The position numbers were made by a program, and so were the translations under genes. From a virus, in IMG/VR virus record IMGVR_UViG_3300050343_000212: 64,000 bases of DNA; one strand, written 5' to 3'. Positions 37,188 through 46,672 of the stretch are shown here, piece after piece. Position 1 is the stretch's first letter, and each line of letters begins with the position of its first letter. Under the pieces are notes generated by a model that saw only the letters and a program-made list of their open reading frames with translations, was not told the DNA's origin and did no database searches.

Positions 37188-38018
37188 TTAGTATGTTGCA
37201 GATATAACAAAATCATTAACATTTTGGGGTAGATCATCTGCTGATGGTACGATACCTCCAGAAAAAGCATGAATTATAACATATCCATTATTTCTCTGAT
37301 AGTTTCTATTAGGACTATTCTGCCCCTGCCCACCAGCACCCCAAGATTGGGTTGGACTAGTAGGTGATGATCCTAACAAAGGATATTCTGTAAAATTATA
37401 TCCGCTGGAATGGATAATTCTACCATTTCCTGTATAGTAATTTATAAATGGACCACCTTCCGATTGCGGAATCATTAGTGGACCGTCAATGCGGCCAGAT
37501 CCGCCACCACCGCCGCCCTGGCCACCGCCAGCGGCACCACCATAGTAACCACCACCACCGCCACCACCGTTTCCTCCTGGTCCACCCTTCAAATAACTTC
37601 CATAATATTGACTACCCTCTTGACTGGTTCCACCAGCTGATTGAGTGCCACCATAACCTTTACCATTGGGAGCCGGACCAAATCCAGGTTGGCCTGAGGA
37701 ACCACCACCGGCACCACCAGCAGTACTGGAATTGATTACAGCACCACCGCCACCACCAGCAATTAAATGAGAAGTCCATGAAGGTTCTGGGTCAGATGGA
37801 GTATTTGGACCAGTTAAGACTCCACTAAATCCACCACCAGAAGCATATGGACCATAACCTCTACCATTATTACTATTACTTCCTACAGCAACTTTTAATA
37901 CCTGGCCAGGGGTTACTTCCATGATACCAGTGGAATAACCACCAGATCCACCATTACCATCAGGGTAAGTATTAGGATAGTTTGAAGCTTCAGCACCTGA
38001 ACCCATTGCCCTAATCAT
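37188..38018 (-). CDS. Glycine-rich tail fibre/spike protein (5' end frameshifted; true start ~38160)
   Basis: GGxGG repeats; upstream in-frame SWTVPSGIKYI and out-of-frame LLGLGNSGGGG. Confidence 0.65.
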   Translation of the reverse strand: MIRAMGSGAEASNYPNTYPDGNGGSGGYSTGIMEVTPGQVLKVAVGSNSNNGRGYGPYASGGGFSGVLTGPNTPSDPEPSWTSHLIAGGGGGAVINSSTAGGAGGGSSGQPGFGPAPNGKGYGGTQSAGGTSQEGSQYYGSYLKGGPGGNGGGGGGGYYGGAAGGGQGGGGGGSGRIDGPLMIPQSEGGPFINYYTGNGRIIHSSGYNFTEYPLLGSSPTSPTQSWGAGGQGQNSPNRNYQRNNGYVIIHAFSGGIVPSADDLPQNVNDFVISATY

Positions 38019-38019
38019 A

Positions 38020-38492
38020 ATGTATTTTATACCAGAAGGAACAGTCCAACTAGAAGCGGATGTATTGTAATTTCTGACACTCTTGAAAAGGTAGGTTCCT
38101 TCATATTTCCTCCACCACCACTATTTCCAAAGACCAAGTAAAAGATTTGGTATAGATCACTAGCTAAATACTCCTTATGTTAATCCTGTGAAAGATATAG
38201 CAAACTCACTTGCAGATATGTACAATACAATTGCTACAATCCATATGCTCCTATTGTTTTAGTTGCAGTCTGCTGCATCAGCCGTAGATACGAAGTGTAA
38301 CACGCAGTATGCTTTATGATATCATAGTTGAGTTACCAGTACTGATATGATAGATTGTAACAACATATCACCAGCAGTCATACACTTTGTGGATACTGTT
38401 AAAGTATTATCCACCAGTCCTTGTAATAGTCTTACCAGTACGTCACTAGCTACAAGTGTATAATTACCTGAACTGCTTTGCCGATATTGGTG
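38020..38492 (-). pseudogene. Multiply frameshifted fibre C-terminal module plus start of next gene
   Basis: Fragments YTLVASD / GKTITRTGG / TAGD / FAIS-TGLT occur in shifting frames. Confidence 0.55.
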
Positions 38493-39476
38493 TTATTCTT
38501 CAGTCGACCGACTTGTGTCAGTGACTGTGCCAGTTACTGTGACGCCAGATGCTGAGGTTTCAATTTCTTTAGAGTTGTCGTGGTAAAGTTCTACTGCACC
38601 ACCGGCGATAAACCTTGCACCATGTTCAAATGATCCGCCTTGTGCTAACTGAATTTCACCTCCAGCTGGAACTTGGAAACTTATATTGCCATTACTACTT
38701 TGAAAAATATTATGAGAACCATTATGATAAATCTGTAAATCATCATTAGTTCCAAATCTAATCTTAGAGTTATCTACAAGATCAATATTACCACCAGTAA
38801 CATCAATACCAGTTCTGGCAGTAACAAGTCCAACTGAATCAACATTGGTAACATCTTCATAAGTCAATGTACCACCAACTGATACATTACCAGAGAATGA
38901 ACCAGTTGTTGCAGTTACATCACCAGAGAATGAACCAGTTGTTGCATTTACAGCAGTAAATGTTGATACACCAGTGACAACCAAACCACTTGGGAATATA
39001 GGCGCATCACCACCATTAGGTCCTGTAATTTGACCTGTACGAACTCTACCACCTGCACCTGATAAAAGTCCAGAAGTAGTTCCTTCTGTGGATAGACCTA
39101 AAACATCAAGTAAAAAGTCGTCTCCATCAGCAATAATGATATCAGCATTCTCGGTAGTTACAATCTCTTGATTTAGAGTGTATGCAACAGTAGATGAGTT
39201 TGGAATATCAATGGTAATTGTTTCATTGATACCAAGAGTTTTGTCAACATAAAATATGTCCTTTCCTGGTCCTTGAGCGGACATAGCAGTACCAATACCA
39301 CCTGCACCACCAACTTCTGCTCCATCAGAAGTAAGAAACTTATCGGCAGTAACAGTGCCTGCAACAGACAGTGTACTACCAGGAGTTGCCGTTACAATTC
39401 CTAATCTGTTATCTGTATTATTAGGTGTAAGTAAATTTTTAGATACAAGATTAGCTAGTATATTTACGTTAGACAT
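38493..39476 (-). CDS. Tail fibre protein (3' end frameshifted)
   Basis: GGTLTYEDVTNVDSVG motif, duplicated ATTGSFSG, KIRFGTNDDLQIYH repeat. Confidence 0.7.
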   Translation of the reverse strand: MSNVNILANLVSKNLLTPNNTDNRLGIVTATPGSTLSVAGTVTADKFLTSDGAEVGGAGGIGTAMSAQGPGKDIFYVDKTLGINETITIDIPNSSTVAYTLNQEIVTTENADIIIADGDDFLLDVLGLSTEGTTSGLLSGAGGRVRTGQITGPNGGDAPIFPSGLVVTGVSTFTAVNATTGSFSGDVTATTGSFSGNVSVGGTLTYEDVTNVDSVGLVTARTGIDVTGGNIDLVDNSKIRFGTNDDLQIYHNGSHNIFQSSNGNISFQVPAGGEIQLAQGGSFEHGARFIAGGAVELYHDNSKEIETSASGVTVTGTVTDTSRSTEE

Positions 39477-39494
39477 ATCTATCTAATTTTTAGT

Positions 39495-39501
39495 TATTTA
39501 T
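39495..39501 (-). promoter_or_regulatory. Late promoter
   Basis: ATAAATA-ACTAAAAA upstream of 39476. Confidence 0.65.
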
Positions 39502-40734
39502 TAGTACATCAACTGAACACCATTGATATCATCAATGGTAATTTTCTCTGGATTAGTATTATTGGCATATTGATCACTTCGATCAACCGAAGTACTGGGG
39601 AATTCTCTTTTATTCGCAGGAATAACAGGACCATTATATCCATAAACAATTCTTACCATACCATGTCCTCCAGCACCCGCATGGGAACTAGAGTGGCCGC
39701 CACATCCACCACCTCCACAGAACCCACCATCGCCGGTGTATTGTGTAACAGGGCCGTCGCTTCTTTGGTTAACATAGATATTTGGGTTAGGAGTTGGCCC
39801 ATCCCCCCAGTAACCGGTGGGTCTAGCGTTAGGACCAGGTATATTACTGATGTTACCTGGATATGCAATATAACCGTTTAAACCAGTATTATATGCTGTT
39901 GAACCTCCTCCACCATAATTATTATACCAGTTACTAGCGGGCGAGCCACCTACACCCGGTGTCCCTTCACCATACACGCCTGTTCCACCCTCCGCCTCCG
40001 GCACCATCGGAGCTGTTCCGACTATTACCACCAGCACCACCGCCACCTGATCCTGGCTGTGGTGGACCAGGAAATCCTGATATGGGATATCCATCGGCTG
40101 GTCCACTCGATCCACCGGGTCCACTATATCCACCGGCACCACCGCCTCCCATTCTGGTACCAGGGGTGTCAGTACCGTTACCACCAGAACCACCACCATC
40201 AGCATTAGATGGTGTGAACGTCCCACCGGCAATGTTACCCCAAGCGGGGCTGGTGGGATGATCATATCCTCCTTCGCCACCACCAGCTACTGCATAGTTT
40301 TGACCTGCAATTCTTATATAAGATGGATTTCCATTATATTGAGTACTATTGAAGCTTCCATTGGGATTGCGTCCACCACCACCAACATAAACTTCAACTT
40401 GAGCTCCTGGTGAGATAGGTATATTATTCTTATAAGCTAACGCCCCACCACCAGCACTGGCTCCATCGTGTTGCATTTCTCCAGAACCACCACCACCAAC
40501 ACAAACTACAGAAATGTAATCAATATTAGATGAATCTGGAACAGTCCATGAGTATGGTTGTTGTGAGTTCCAACCACTTGCGTGGAATAATGCTTCACCA
40601 ATAAATCGCGTATCTCCTTGTGAACCATCTGGCATTCCAAAAACTCTACCAGATCTGGTATAAGGAATGGATCGACCATCTACAAGAGTCTGTTGACCTC
40701 TAATTCTAGTTCCTGGCGCGTTAGATCTAAGCAT
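39501..40734 (-). CDS. Glycine-rich tail fibre protein split by one +1 frameshift (~39989)
   Basis: Track ORFs 39967..40734 and 39501..40283 join; 1234 nt = 411 codons + 1; YSWTVPD...ISVVCVGGGG Gly-rich domain. Confidence 0.7.
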
Positions 40735-40749
40735 TTGAAGTACCTCCTA

Positions 40750-41157
40750 TTAGACAGTGTCACCTAAAATTTGAACATTCATTTGTGTTCCTGTACCAAC
40801 ACCAGTCGCGCCCATAACGGGGGTGAGTAATGTTTATAGCAATTTTGTCACCATTTTCCAAAACTAATGGATAAGCATAATCAAAGAAATACGTTTCCGT
40901 TGGGTTTTAAATTTACTTGAGAAATTAAATGATTAGTTCCAGAACTTGAAGCATTAACCCCGTTTGGAGCAATATAAATCGAACAAGCAGCAGTGTTGAT
41001 ACCACTAGTATTGTGAGTTACAATACTACGAATGTACGTGGTTCCAGCAACTCCAGATGAAGTTTGTGTTGTTCCCGAGGTAAAGATACCAATCGGGTTA
41101 GGGGGTGATACCAGTTAAGTTGGTAATACCAATTAGTTTAGTTCTTTTGAGTCCCAT
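40750..41157 (-). pseudogene. Small adaptor protein (paralogue of 42839..43180) with three +1 frameshifts
   Basis: MGLKRTKLIGIT / PIGIFTSG...TYIRSIVTHN...NLKPN / ETYFFDYAYPLVLENGDKIAI / QILGDTV*. Confidence 0.65.
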
Positions 41158-41175
41158 TGTGATATCTTTTTAAGT

Positions 41176-41182
41176 TATTTAG
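41176..41182 (-). promoter_or_regulatory. Late promoter
   Basis: CTAAATA-ACTTAAAAAGATATC upstream of 41157. Confidence 0.65.
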
Positions 41183-41478
41183 TTGAACAAAGCTGCATCT
41201 AATTCATCAAAACTGCCACCACCACTGGTATTGACACCTTCAAGATTAGAACCATCACCATAATAATAGATCGTACCACTGACAGCGGAGATACTTTGAC
41301 CGGCTCCTATTTTAATACCGGATTGAGCAGTAACAATACCAACAGAATCAACATTGGTTACATCTTGATATGTTAATGTACCACCAATAGATATATTTGC
41401 AGCAGTCAATCCATCTGGAAAATTTACTGATCCGCTTGCAGCCCTATTGGTGATTGTATCAACTCTAATTCTGGACAT
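41179..41478 (-). CDS. Short tail-fibre linker protein
   Basis: MSRIRVDTI; GGTLTYQDVTNVDSVG; YYGDGSNL; ends DELDAALFN. Confidence 0.7.
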   Translation of the reverse strand: MSRIRVDTITNRAASGSVNFPDGLTAANISIGGTLTYQDVTNVDSVGIVTAQSGIKIGAGQSISAVSGTIYYYGDGSNLEGVNTSGGGSFDELDAALFN

Positions 41479-41497
41479 TATTCTAGAATCTTTTTAG

Positions 41498-41504
41498 TAT
41501 TTAG
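41498..41504 (-). promoter_or_regulatory. Late promoter
   Basis: CTAAATA-CTAAAAA upstream of 41478. Confidence 0.65.
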
Positions 41505-42835
41505 AATGGTTCATATCTATTACTTTTGTAGAGAACATTAGTAAATCTAGATTCAGGGCTAATATTGAAATTCACACTATCACTATTACCAGCACAATAA
41601 GCTGAACCGAGGTCTATTGGTCCATAAGTTTTTACTATAGTTCCACTATCATCAACAATCTTAATCATAATCTTTGAAGTGCCACGACCATAGGTAACGG
41701 CATCAAAGTAGGTTATAGCCATAAATCCTTGTTCATTGATTCTATCAAAACTAATTCCAGAGTGGGGGTTATAATATCGTCCACCTGATGTATTACTTTG
41801 ATTTGAAAGTGGAATTCCAAGGTCTTTTGGAACGGCATCAAATGAAGGGTTAATATCTAAATATCCTACCCTATATGAATAATCATAGGTACTGGTCCCA
41901 TACTTATAAAGTTTGAACAGTTTTGTGTCTGTTACCCCAATACAAGGATTTCCAGTTGCGTCGTCAATGTGGGAGCTATAAGTTGCACCACCATAACTAA
42001 GTCCTTGGGTTAGATCGATACTTGTAGGGTTCGTGGTACCTTCTGTAAATAATTGATGATCCCCTCCCCCAGTGTGGATGATTGCTTTGGTGCTGGACAT
42101 CATAAAACCACCACTCCTTGAGTAGTTACTATCAACAAACTTAACCATTGTTGCATTAGCCGTTGGGCTAGCGGCCAAATTTGAAACAGAATACAAATAC
42201 TGTGGGTAAGGATAACTACCACCAGATCCAGGGGAACCACTACCACCAGCAAACAGGTAACGATTACTCAATGAACTCGCCCATTCACGGCCGTGATTAG
42301 CAAATCCTACTGTAGGTTGGACTGAAGCCATATCGGAATATGACACATTGCCTACTGGCAGAGTCCTCAGGACTCCAGTTACAAAATCTAAAATATGGGC
42401 AGTCGTTGATCGTATTTTAATGAGTTCATTCCCACCAAAGGGTGCAAAAGTCATGCTGTCTGCAAACGACCGCGTAACGACATTAGCTCCATAGATATCA
42501 CCACCACTTAGATTAGATATATCTATAACTTTTACACTGCCGGATGGAAGCTTACATATAATAAGATATGGGTACATAATAGTCAACGACAGTTGACATG
42601 TGGTACCACTATATCCAGTAGCAATTCTTCCAAGTATGGTCCCGTCTGTCTTTAAAATATTAACCCAATAATCGCCTGATTGATCTCTACTTAAAATATA
42701 GAGATTGGGTTCAATGATTCCTGAATATGGTTTATCAGCATCCTCAATATTAATATTAGCTCCTAATTGTCTTGATCTATAAAGGTCAAGAAGATATCCA
42801 GAATTTAAAGAGTTGGATGATCGTAATGGACTCAT
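41501..42835 (-). CDS. Beta-rich putative receptor-binding protein
   Basis: 444 aa, follows adaptor gene, aromatic/beta-strand rich. Confidence 0.55.
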   Translation of the reverse strand: MSPLRSSNSLNSGYLLDLYRSRQLGANINIEDADKPYSGIIEPNLYILSRDQSGDYWVNILKTDGTILGRIATGYSGTTCQLSLTIMYPYLIICKLPSGSVKVIDISNLSGGDIYGANVVTRSFADSMTFAPFGGNELIKIRSTTAHILDFVTGVLRTLPVGNVSYSDMASVQPTVGFANHGREWASSLSNRYLFAGGSGSPGSGGSYPYPQYLYSVSNLAASPTANATMVKFVDSNYSRSGGFMMSSTKAIIHTGGGDHQLFTEGTTNPTSIDLTQGLSYGGATYSSHIDDATGNPCIGVTDTKLFKLYKYGTSTYDYSYRVGYLDINPSFDAVPKDLGIPLSNQSNTSGGRYYNPHSGISFDRINEQGFMAITYFDAVTYGRGTSKIMIKIVDDSGTIVKTYGPIDLGSAYCAGNSDSVNFNISPESRFTNVLYKSNRYEPF

Positions 42836-42838
42836 TTG

Positions 42839-43180
42839 TCAAGCCTCCTTGTCGCCCATTATGATGAAATTGATTGCACTATTTCCAACTCCTACAAATA
42901 ATTTATCACCCGTCTCTGTTAATACAATGGGATAAGATGGTTCAAGCAATACAGTTTCTTTTGCACTGAGTGTCACATCAAAAATTCTATTGCTTTCGTC
43001 TGCACTAGATCCATTGGGTACATAGTACACTTGAGCGGTTGGGAACGTGTTTATCCCTACACCGTGAGCAATAATAGATTTTATGTAAACCTTTTTATTG
43101 TTCGCAACAGTTATGACACTGGTTGTTGATCCAGCTGCTACTTGCACTACTGTTGATAATCTACCTCGTTCTAGAGACAT
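42839..43180 (-). CDS. Small tail adaptor protein (113 aa)
   Basis: KVYIKSIIAH...VYYVPNG...LSAKETVLLEPSYPIVLTETGDKL...IMGDKEA. Confidence 0.65.
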   Translation of the reverse strand: MSLERGRLSTVVQVAAGSTTSVITVANNKKVYIKSIIAHGVGINTFPTAQVYYVPNGSSADESNRIFDVTLSAKETVLLEPSYPIVLTETGDKLFVGVGNSAINFIIMGDKEA

Positions 43181-43198
43181 GCCTTTCTTCCTTTTAAT

Positions 43199-43205
43199 TA
43201 TTTAG
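43199..43205 (-). promoter_or_regulatory. Late promoter
   Basis: CTAAATA upstream of 43180. Confidence 0.6.
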
Positions 43206-43209
43206 TAGA

Positions 43210-44229
43210 TTAGTTGAACAACCATGTATCTCTGACATCAGAGGATCCACCCCCGCCGCCACCGATATTGATCACTCCACCCATACTAGGGTGAGCAGTA
43301 CATTGATAGTACAGTGTATTTGGTGCATCAAATTGAACGTTCCATTCTAAAGTTCCATTCGATACATCATTATTGGTAATTCCATCATTATATTGTGTAC
43401 CAGTGGCACCGTTGGCCTCGGATTGGATTCTAAATGCATGAGCACCCATATTATTAACAAATTGATACTTCATACCTCTTTGGAGGTAGACAGTTGGATC
43501 ATCCTCTGCTCCAATCAGTCCAGGTCCAGTAAAGGTGTAGTGATTTGATCCATTAGCACCTAAAATCCATTTGCCAGATACAACATCTGATGTATCACCA
43601 TCAAACGAAGTAGCAGTAATCATACCAACTGCATTAATACCACCAGCAAGAACTTTAATTCCAGATCTAGCAGTAATAAGTCCAACAGAGTCAACATTGG
43701 TAACATCTTCATATGTTAATGTACCCCCAACTGATACACTACCAGAGAATGAACCAGTTGTTGCATTTACAGCAGCAAATGTCGATACACCAGTGACCTC
43801 AAAGTCATTCTGAATCTTTACCTTACTGGTAGTTGTTACACCAGTGTTGTTATCGTAGTTTGTCCAGGTACCAGCAGCACCTGCACTACCTCCACTTCCA
43901 CCATAAAATGTACCTGTAACTACAAGATCACCATTAATAATCTGTGAAGAAGCAGCACCTACAATGGCATCAGCCACACTGAAGGTATCAAATATCTTAA
44001 ATGATACTTCATCATTTAAATTAGATGGTGCAGTTAAAACAACTTTTGATGCATCAGCGGCTTGGAAATCAGTTTGAGGTGTTAGTTTAACACCATTCCT
44101 GAAAACATCAATCTGGTTAATTCGATAACCACCAACAACAGTGAACTCGGTCTGGTTTGCCGTTGCAGTTACACTAATCGTCTTTGAGGCTACATTGCCA
44201 GTTAGATTTATAGGTCTGCCGATTGCCAT
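43210..44229 (-). CDS. Tail fibre protein with C-terminal cupredoxin-like domain
   Basis: ATANQTEFTV..IDVFRNGVKL N-domain; GGTLTYEDVTN motif; GAHAF...LYYQCTAHPSMGG. Confidence 0.72.
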   Translation of the reverse strand: MAIGRPINLTGNVASKTISVTATANQTEFTVVGGYRINQIDVFRNGVKLTPQTDFQAADASKVVLTAPSNLNDEVSFKIFDTFSVADAIVGAASSQIINGDLVVTGTFYGGSGGSAGAAGTWTNYDNNTGVTTTSKVKIQNDFEVTGVSTFAAVNATTGSFSGSVSVGGTLTYEDVTNVDSVGLITARSGIKVLAGGINAVGMITATSFDGDTSDVVSGKWILGANGSNHYTFTGPGLIGAEDDPTVYLQRGMKYQFVNNMGAHAFRIQSEANGATGTQYNDGITNNDVSNGTLEWNVQFDAPNTLYYQCTAHPSMGGVINIGGGGGGSSDVRDTWLFN

Positions 44230-44253
44230 GGCGATATCTTTTTAGTTATTTAG
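44230..44253 (-). promoter_or_regulatory. Late promoter + leader (24-nt exact repeat with 46389..46412)
   Basis: CTAAATAACTAAAAAGATATCGCC. Confidence 0.75.
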
Positions 44254-44847
44254 CATCTGTTTCATGTAGTTATCTTCGGTTTTTCTAATATCTTCTGGAT
44301 AAAACTCACCGAAGAATACAAAGTTGATTATAAATCTTGCTTTGGTGTTTGTTGGTGTGGTCCCTGTGTGGTTCCAATGTCCTGGGAATACTACCAATCT
44401 ATTCTCAACACAATCTACTTTTTTCTTTGTAAGTTTCTTAGGGTCAATGACCTCAGTATAACCATCACTATCATTCATGTAGAATATACCAGAGTAGTAA
44501 TCATGTTTCCTATCTAGTTCTGGTTGATCTGTATGATGACCAAGGTAATATGGTTCTTTTTCTGATGGGAACGTAACATTTACTTTCGCCCTATATGTCC
44601 AGGGCATAATATCAAGGAATGGACACAAGAATTTAGTGTGTGATGATATAAAATAGGGTGTCTTGATTAGTTCACACACCATCTGAGTATCAAATATTTT
44701 CTTCTCTAATTCTTCACGCTCACCTCTAGATGATAGATTAACTTTCCAATCTATCATCTGAGACCACATAAACACATCTTTTAAATGGTTTAGATACTGA
44801 TCAGATAAAAAATTATCATATACCTGCAACCCCTTCACTTTTGACAT
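44242..44847 (-). CDS. 2OG-Fe(II) oxygenase-like protein
   Basis: HHTD, GIFYMNDSDGYT, NRLVVFPG..NHTGTTP...RFIINF. Confidence 0.75.
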   Translation of the reverse strand: MSKVKGLQVYDNFLSDQYLNHLKDVFMWSQMIDWKVNLSSRGEREELEKKIFDTQMVCELIKTPYFISSHTKFLCPFLDIMPWTYRAKVNVTFPSEKEPYYLGHHTDQPELDRKHDYYSGIFYMNDSDGYTEVIDPKKLTKKKVDCVENRLVVFPGHWNHTGTTPTNTKARFIINFVFFGEFYPEDIRKTEDNYMKQMLNN

Positions 44848-44868
44848 AATACCTCACTAATAATATAA

Positions 44869-45085
44869 TTATACCATAACCGGTTCGTCTGGTAACGTAA
44901 CTTTGTCAACATTCTCCGATGTGACACCATTAGTAATATTACGAAGAGCTTCTCTATAAGTTCTGATGAGTTCTAGGTAAATTGGATCAAATCTATCCTT
45001 ATTATCGAATAGAAATACATAATCCGTAGATGCAAGACGAGTATTTTCTTGCTGTTCTGAGATCTGATAGGGATGAATAAGCCAT
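44869..45085 (-). CDS. Tail fibre assembly chaperone-like protein (one +1 frameshift at ~45045)
   Basis: MAYSSLSDLRTAR / NTRLASTDY...YREALRNI; 217 nt = 72 codons + 1; paralogue of 46409..46660. Confidence 0.65.
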
Positions 45086-45091
45086 TTATTT

Positions 45092-46383
45092 TTATGATGA
45101 TAGGTCGTAGGTGAAAGGCCAGGGGTATGTCGCGACAAGCGTTTTCCCCTGTCCTCTACATCGAATGAAACAGATGTGAGTAGGTGTGGTATCAGAATCA
45201 CTTGCCCAAACAGGCCAACCTCTACAATAACTAGAGTTTAATGAATAGAAACCAGATTTAGTGTTTGATGTTGGTCCCCATTCAAGTGTAGTTAGTTCTC
45301 CGGTTGATGGGTTGATCTCCATCAATAGCATATTTTCATTAGTAGATACCCAAGAACTACTATTCATACCAACTACAAATCTATTATTACCCAATCCAAA
45401 TCCACTAGTTTGAGAGGTGTACCCATATGGCCAGCTATATGACAAAGCAGTCTTACTTGAGTAACTAGTGAATTTTTGGGTACCATATTTATTACTATAC
45501 AGTATAACACTACCATCATCCATCTGGAATCCCATCATATTACTATCTAAACCGCTAATACCAGTATTGTGTTCATAATTATTACCATTAGCGGAACAAA
45601 CCCTAAGCTGGCCGATACCAGAACCATTTTGATAGTTACATAAATCAACCATCTGACTACCATTTACAGTAGCAGCTGGATTTGCAATCATACAAACTCC
45701 ATAACTAGTGGATGTATTAGAACTTGGATTGTTATTGCCACCAACACTCCAACTGCTACCATTGAAGTAACTTTGTCTCCAATATGCCTTATTGCCATCA
45801 TCTTGATTATATCCAGTACTAACTATATAACCTGTTGTTCCGTTTTTACCACCAGTTGGTATCGATTGGTCCCACTGGTTATATGCATGGTCCGCATTGG
45901 TTACGGAGTATGAAGCATTAGAAAGGGCACCACTACTATTGACATAACCATATCCATATCCAAATTTGTATGTACTATGGCCAGGGAAACCAATATTTCC
46001 ACCATAGAAGAAAGCACCTGTTCCTTCTGGACTAGTCCAGTGAGTTGTACTCCATCCTGTATACGAACTATTTGACCATGCGTTGGATTCGCTGCCCAGT
46101 GTCGAAATGGCACCCGTTGTTGTATCTACTTGAAATGGAATAACTCGTAATCTTACTGTATTCGATTGATTATTTTTCTCCACGAAGAGCAACAAATTTA
46201 TTGTTCTTCATTCCTCCACCAGCTCTCATCTGGAAGTCATAGGTTGAAGAGGAGGTCCATCCAGATGATTGAAACACTTTATAATCTGATTGAGCTGGCC
46301 ATTCATCTGAACCGCCGCCTCCGCCGCCTCCGCCACCACCACCGGCTGCTGTAAAACCCCCTAATATCTGATAGTTTTGTCAT
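45092..46383 (-). CDS. Beta-rich putative receptor-binding protein (two frameshifts in 5' part)
   Basis: Starts MTKLSDIRGF like 46673..48055; 1292 nt = 430 codons + 2; shared FQVD/FSVN.TTGAI. Confidence 0.65.
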
Positions 46384-46388
46384 TTGAT

Positions 46389-46412
46389 GGCGATATCTTT
46401 TTAGTTATTTAG
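46389..46412 (-). promoter_or_regulatory. Late promoter + leader (24-nt exact repeat with 44230..44253)
   Basis: CTAAATAACTAAAAAGATATCGCC. Confidence 0.75.
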
Positions 46413-46660
46413 TATGGAAACACTAATGATGGTAACTCGACATCTTCTACAAAAGTTAAAGATGTACCCTCGGACTCTGACTTTGTGTCAGTTACCCCCA
46501 CTGTAATATCACGAAGTTGTTGTCTATAAAGTTTGATAGCAGTATCTGATACTTCTCTAAACTCTGGGTTAATTGGTGAATCAGGCAATACCCAAAAGTC
46601 ACTATCTTTTAATGCGGCATCTCTTGCTGCTCTTAAATCTGAAAGATTACTATAAGCCAT
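46409..46660 (-). CDS. Tail fibre assembly chaperone-like protein
   Basis: LRAARDAALKDSDFWVLPDSP...YRQQLRDI. Confidence 0.75.
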   Translation of the reverse strand: MAYSNLSDLRAARDAALKDSDFWVLPDSPINPEFREVSDTAIKLYRQQLRDITVGVTDTKSESEGTSLTFVEDVELPSLVFPY

Positions 46661-46672
46661 TGGTTTCTCCTA

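Noticed and set aside
46166-46354. Plus-strand 62-aa ORF with Arg/His-rich tail
   Set aside because: Antisense of the poly-Gly linker of the frameshifted MTKLSDIRGF gene
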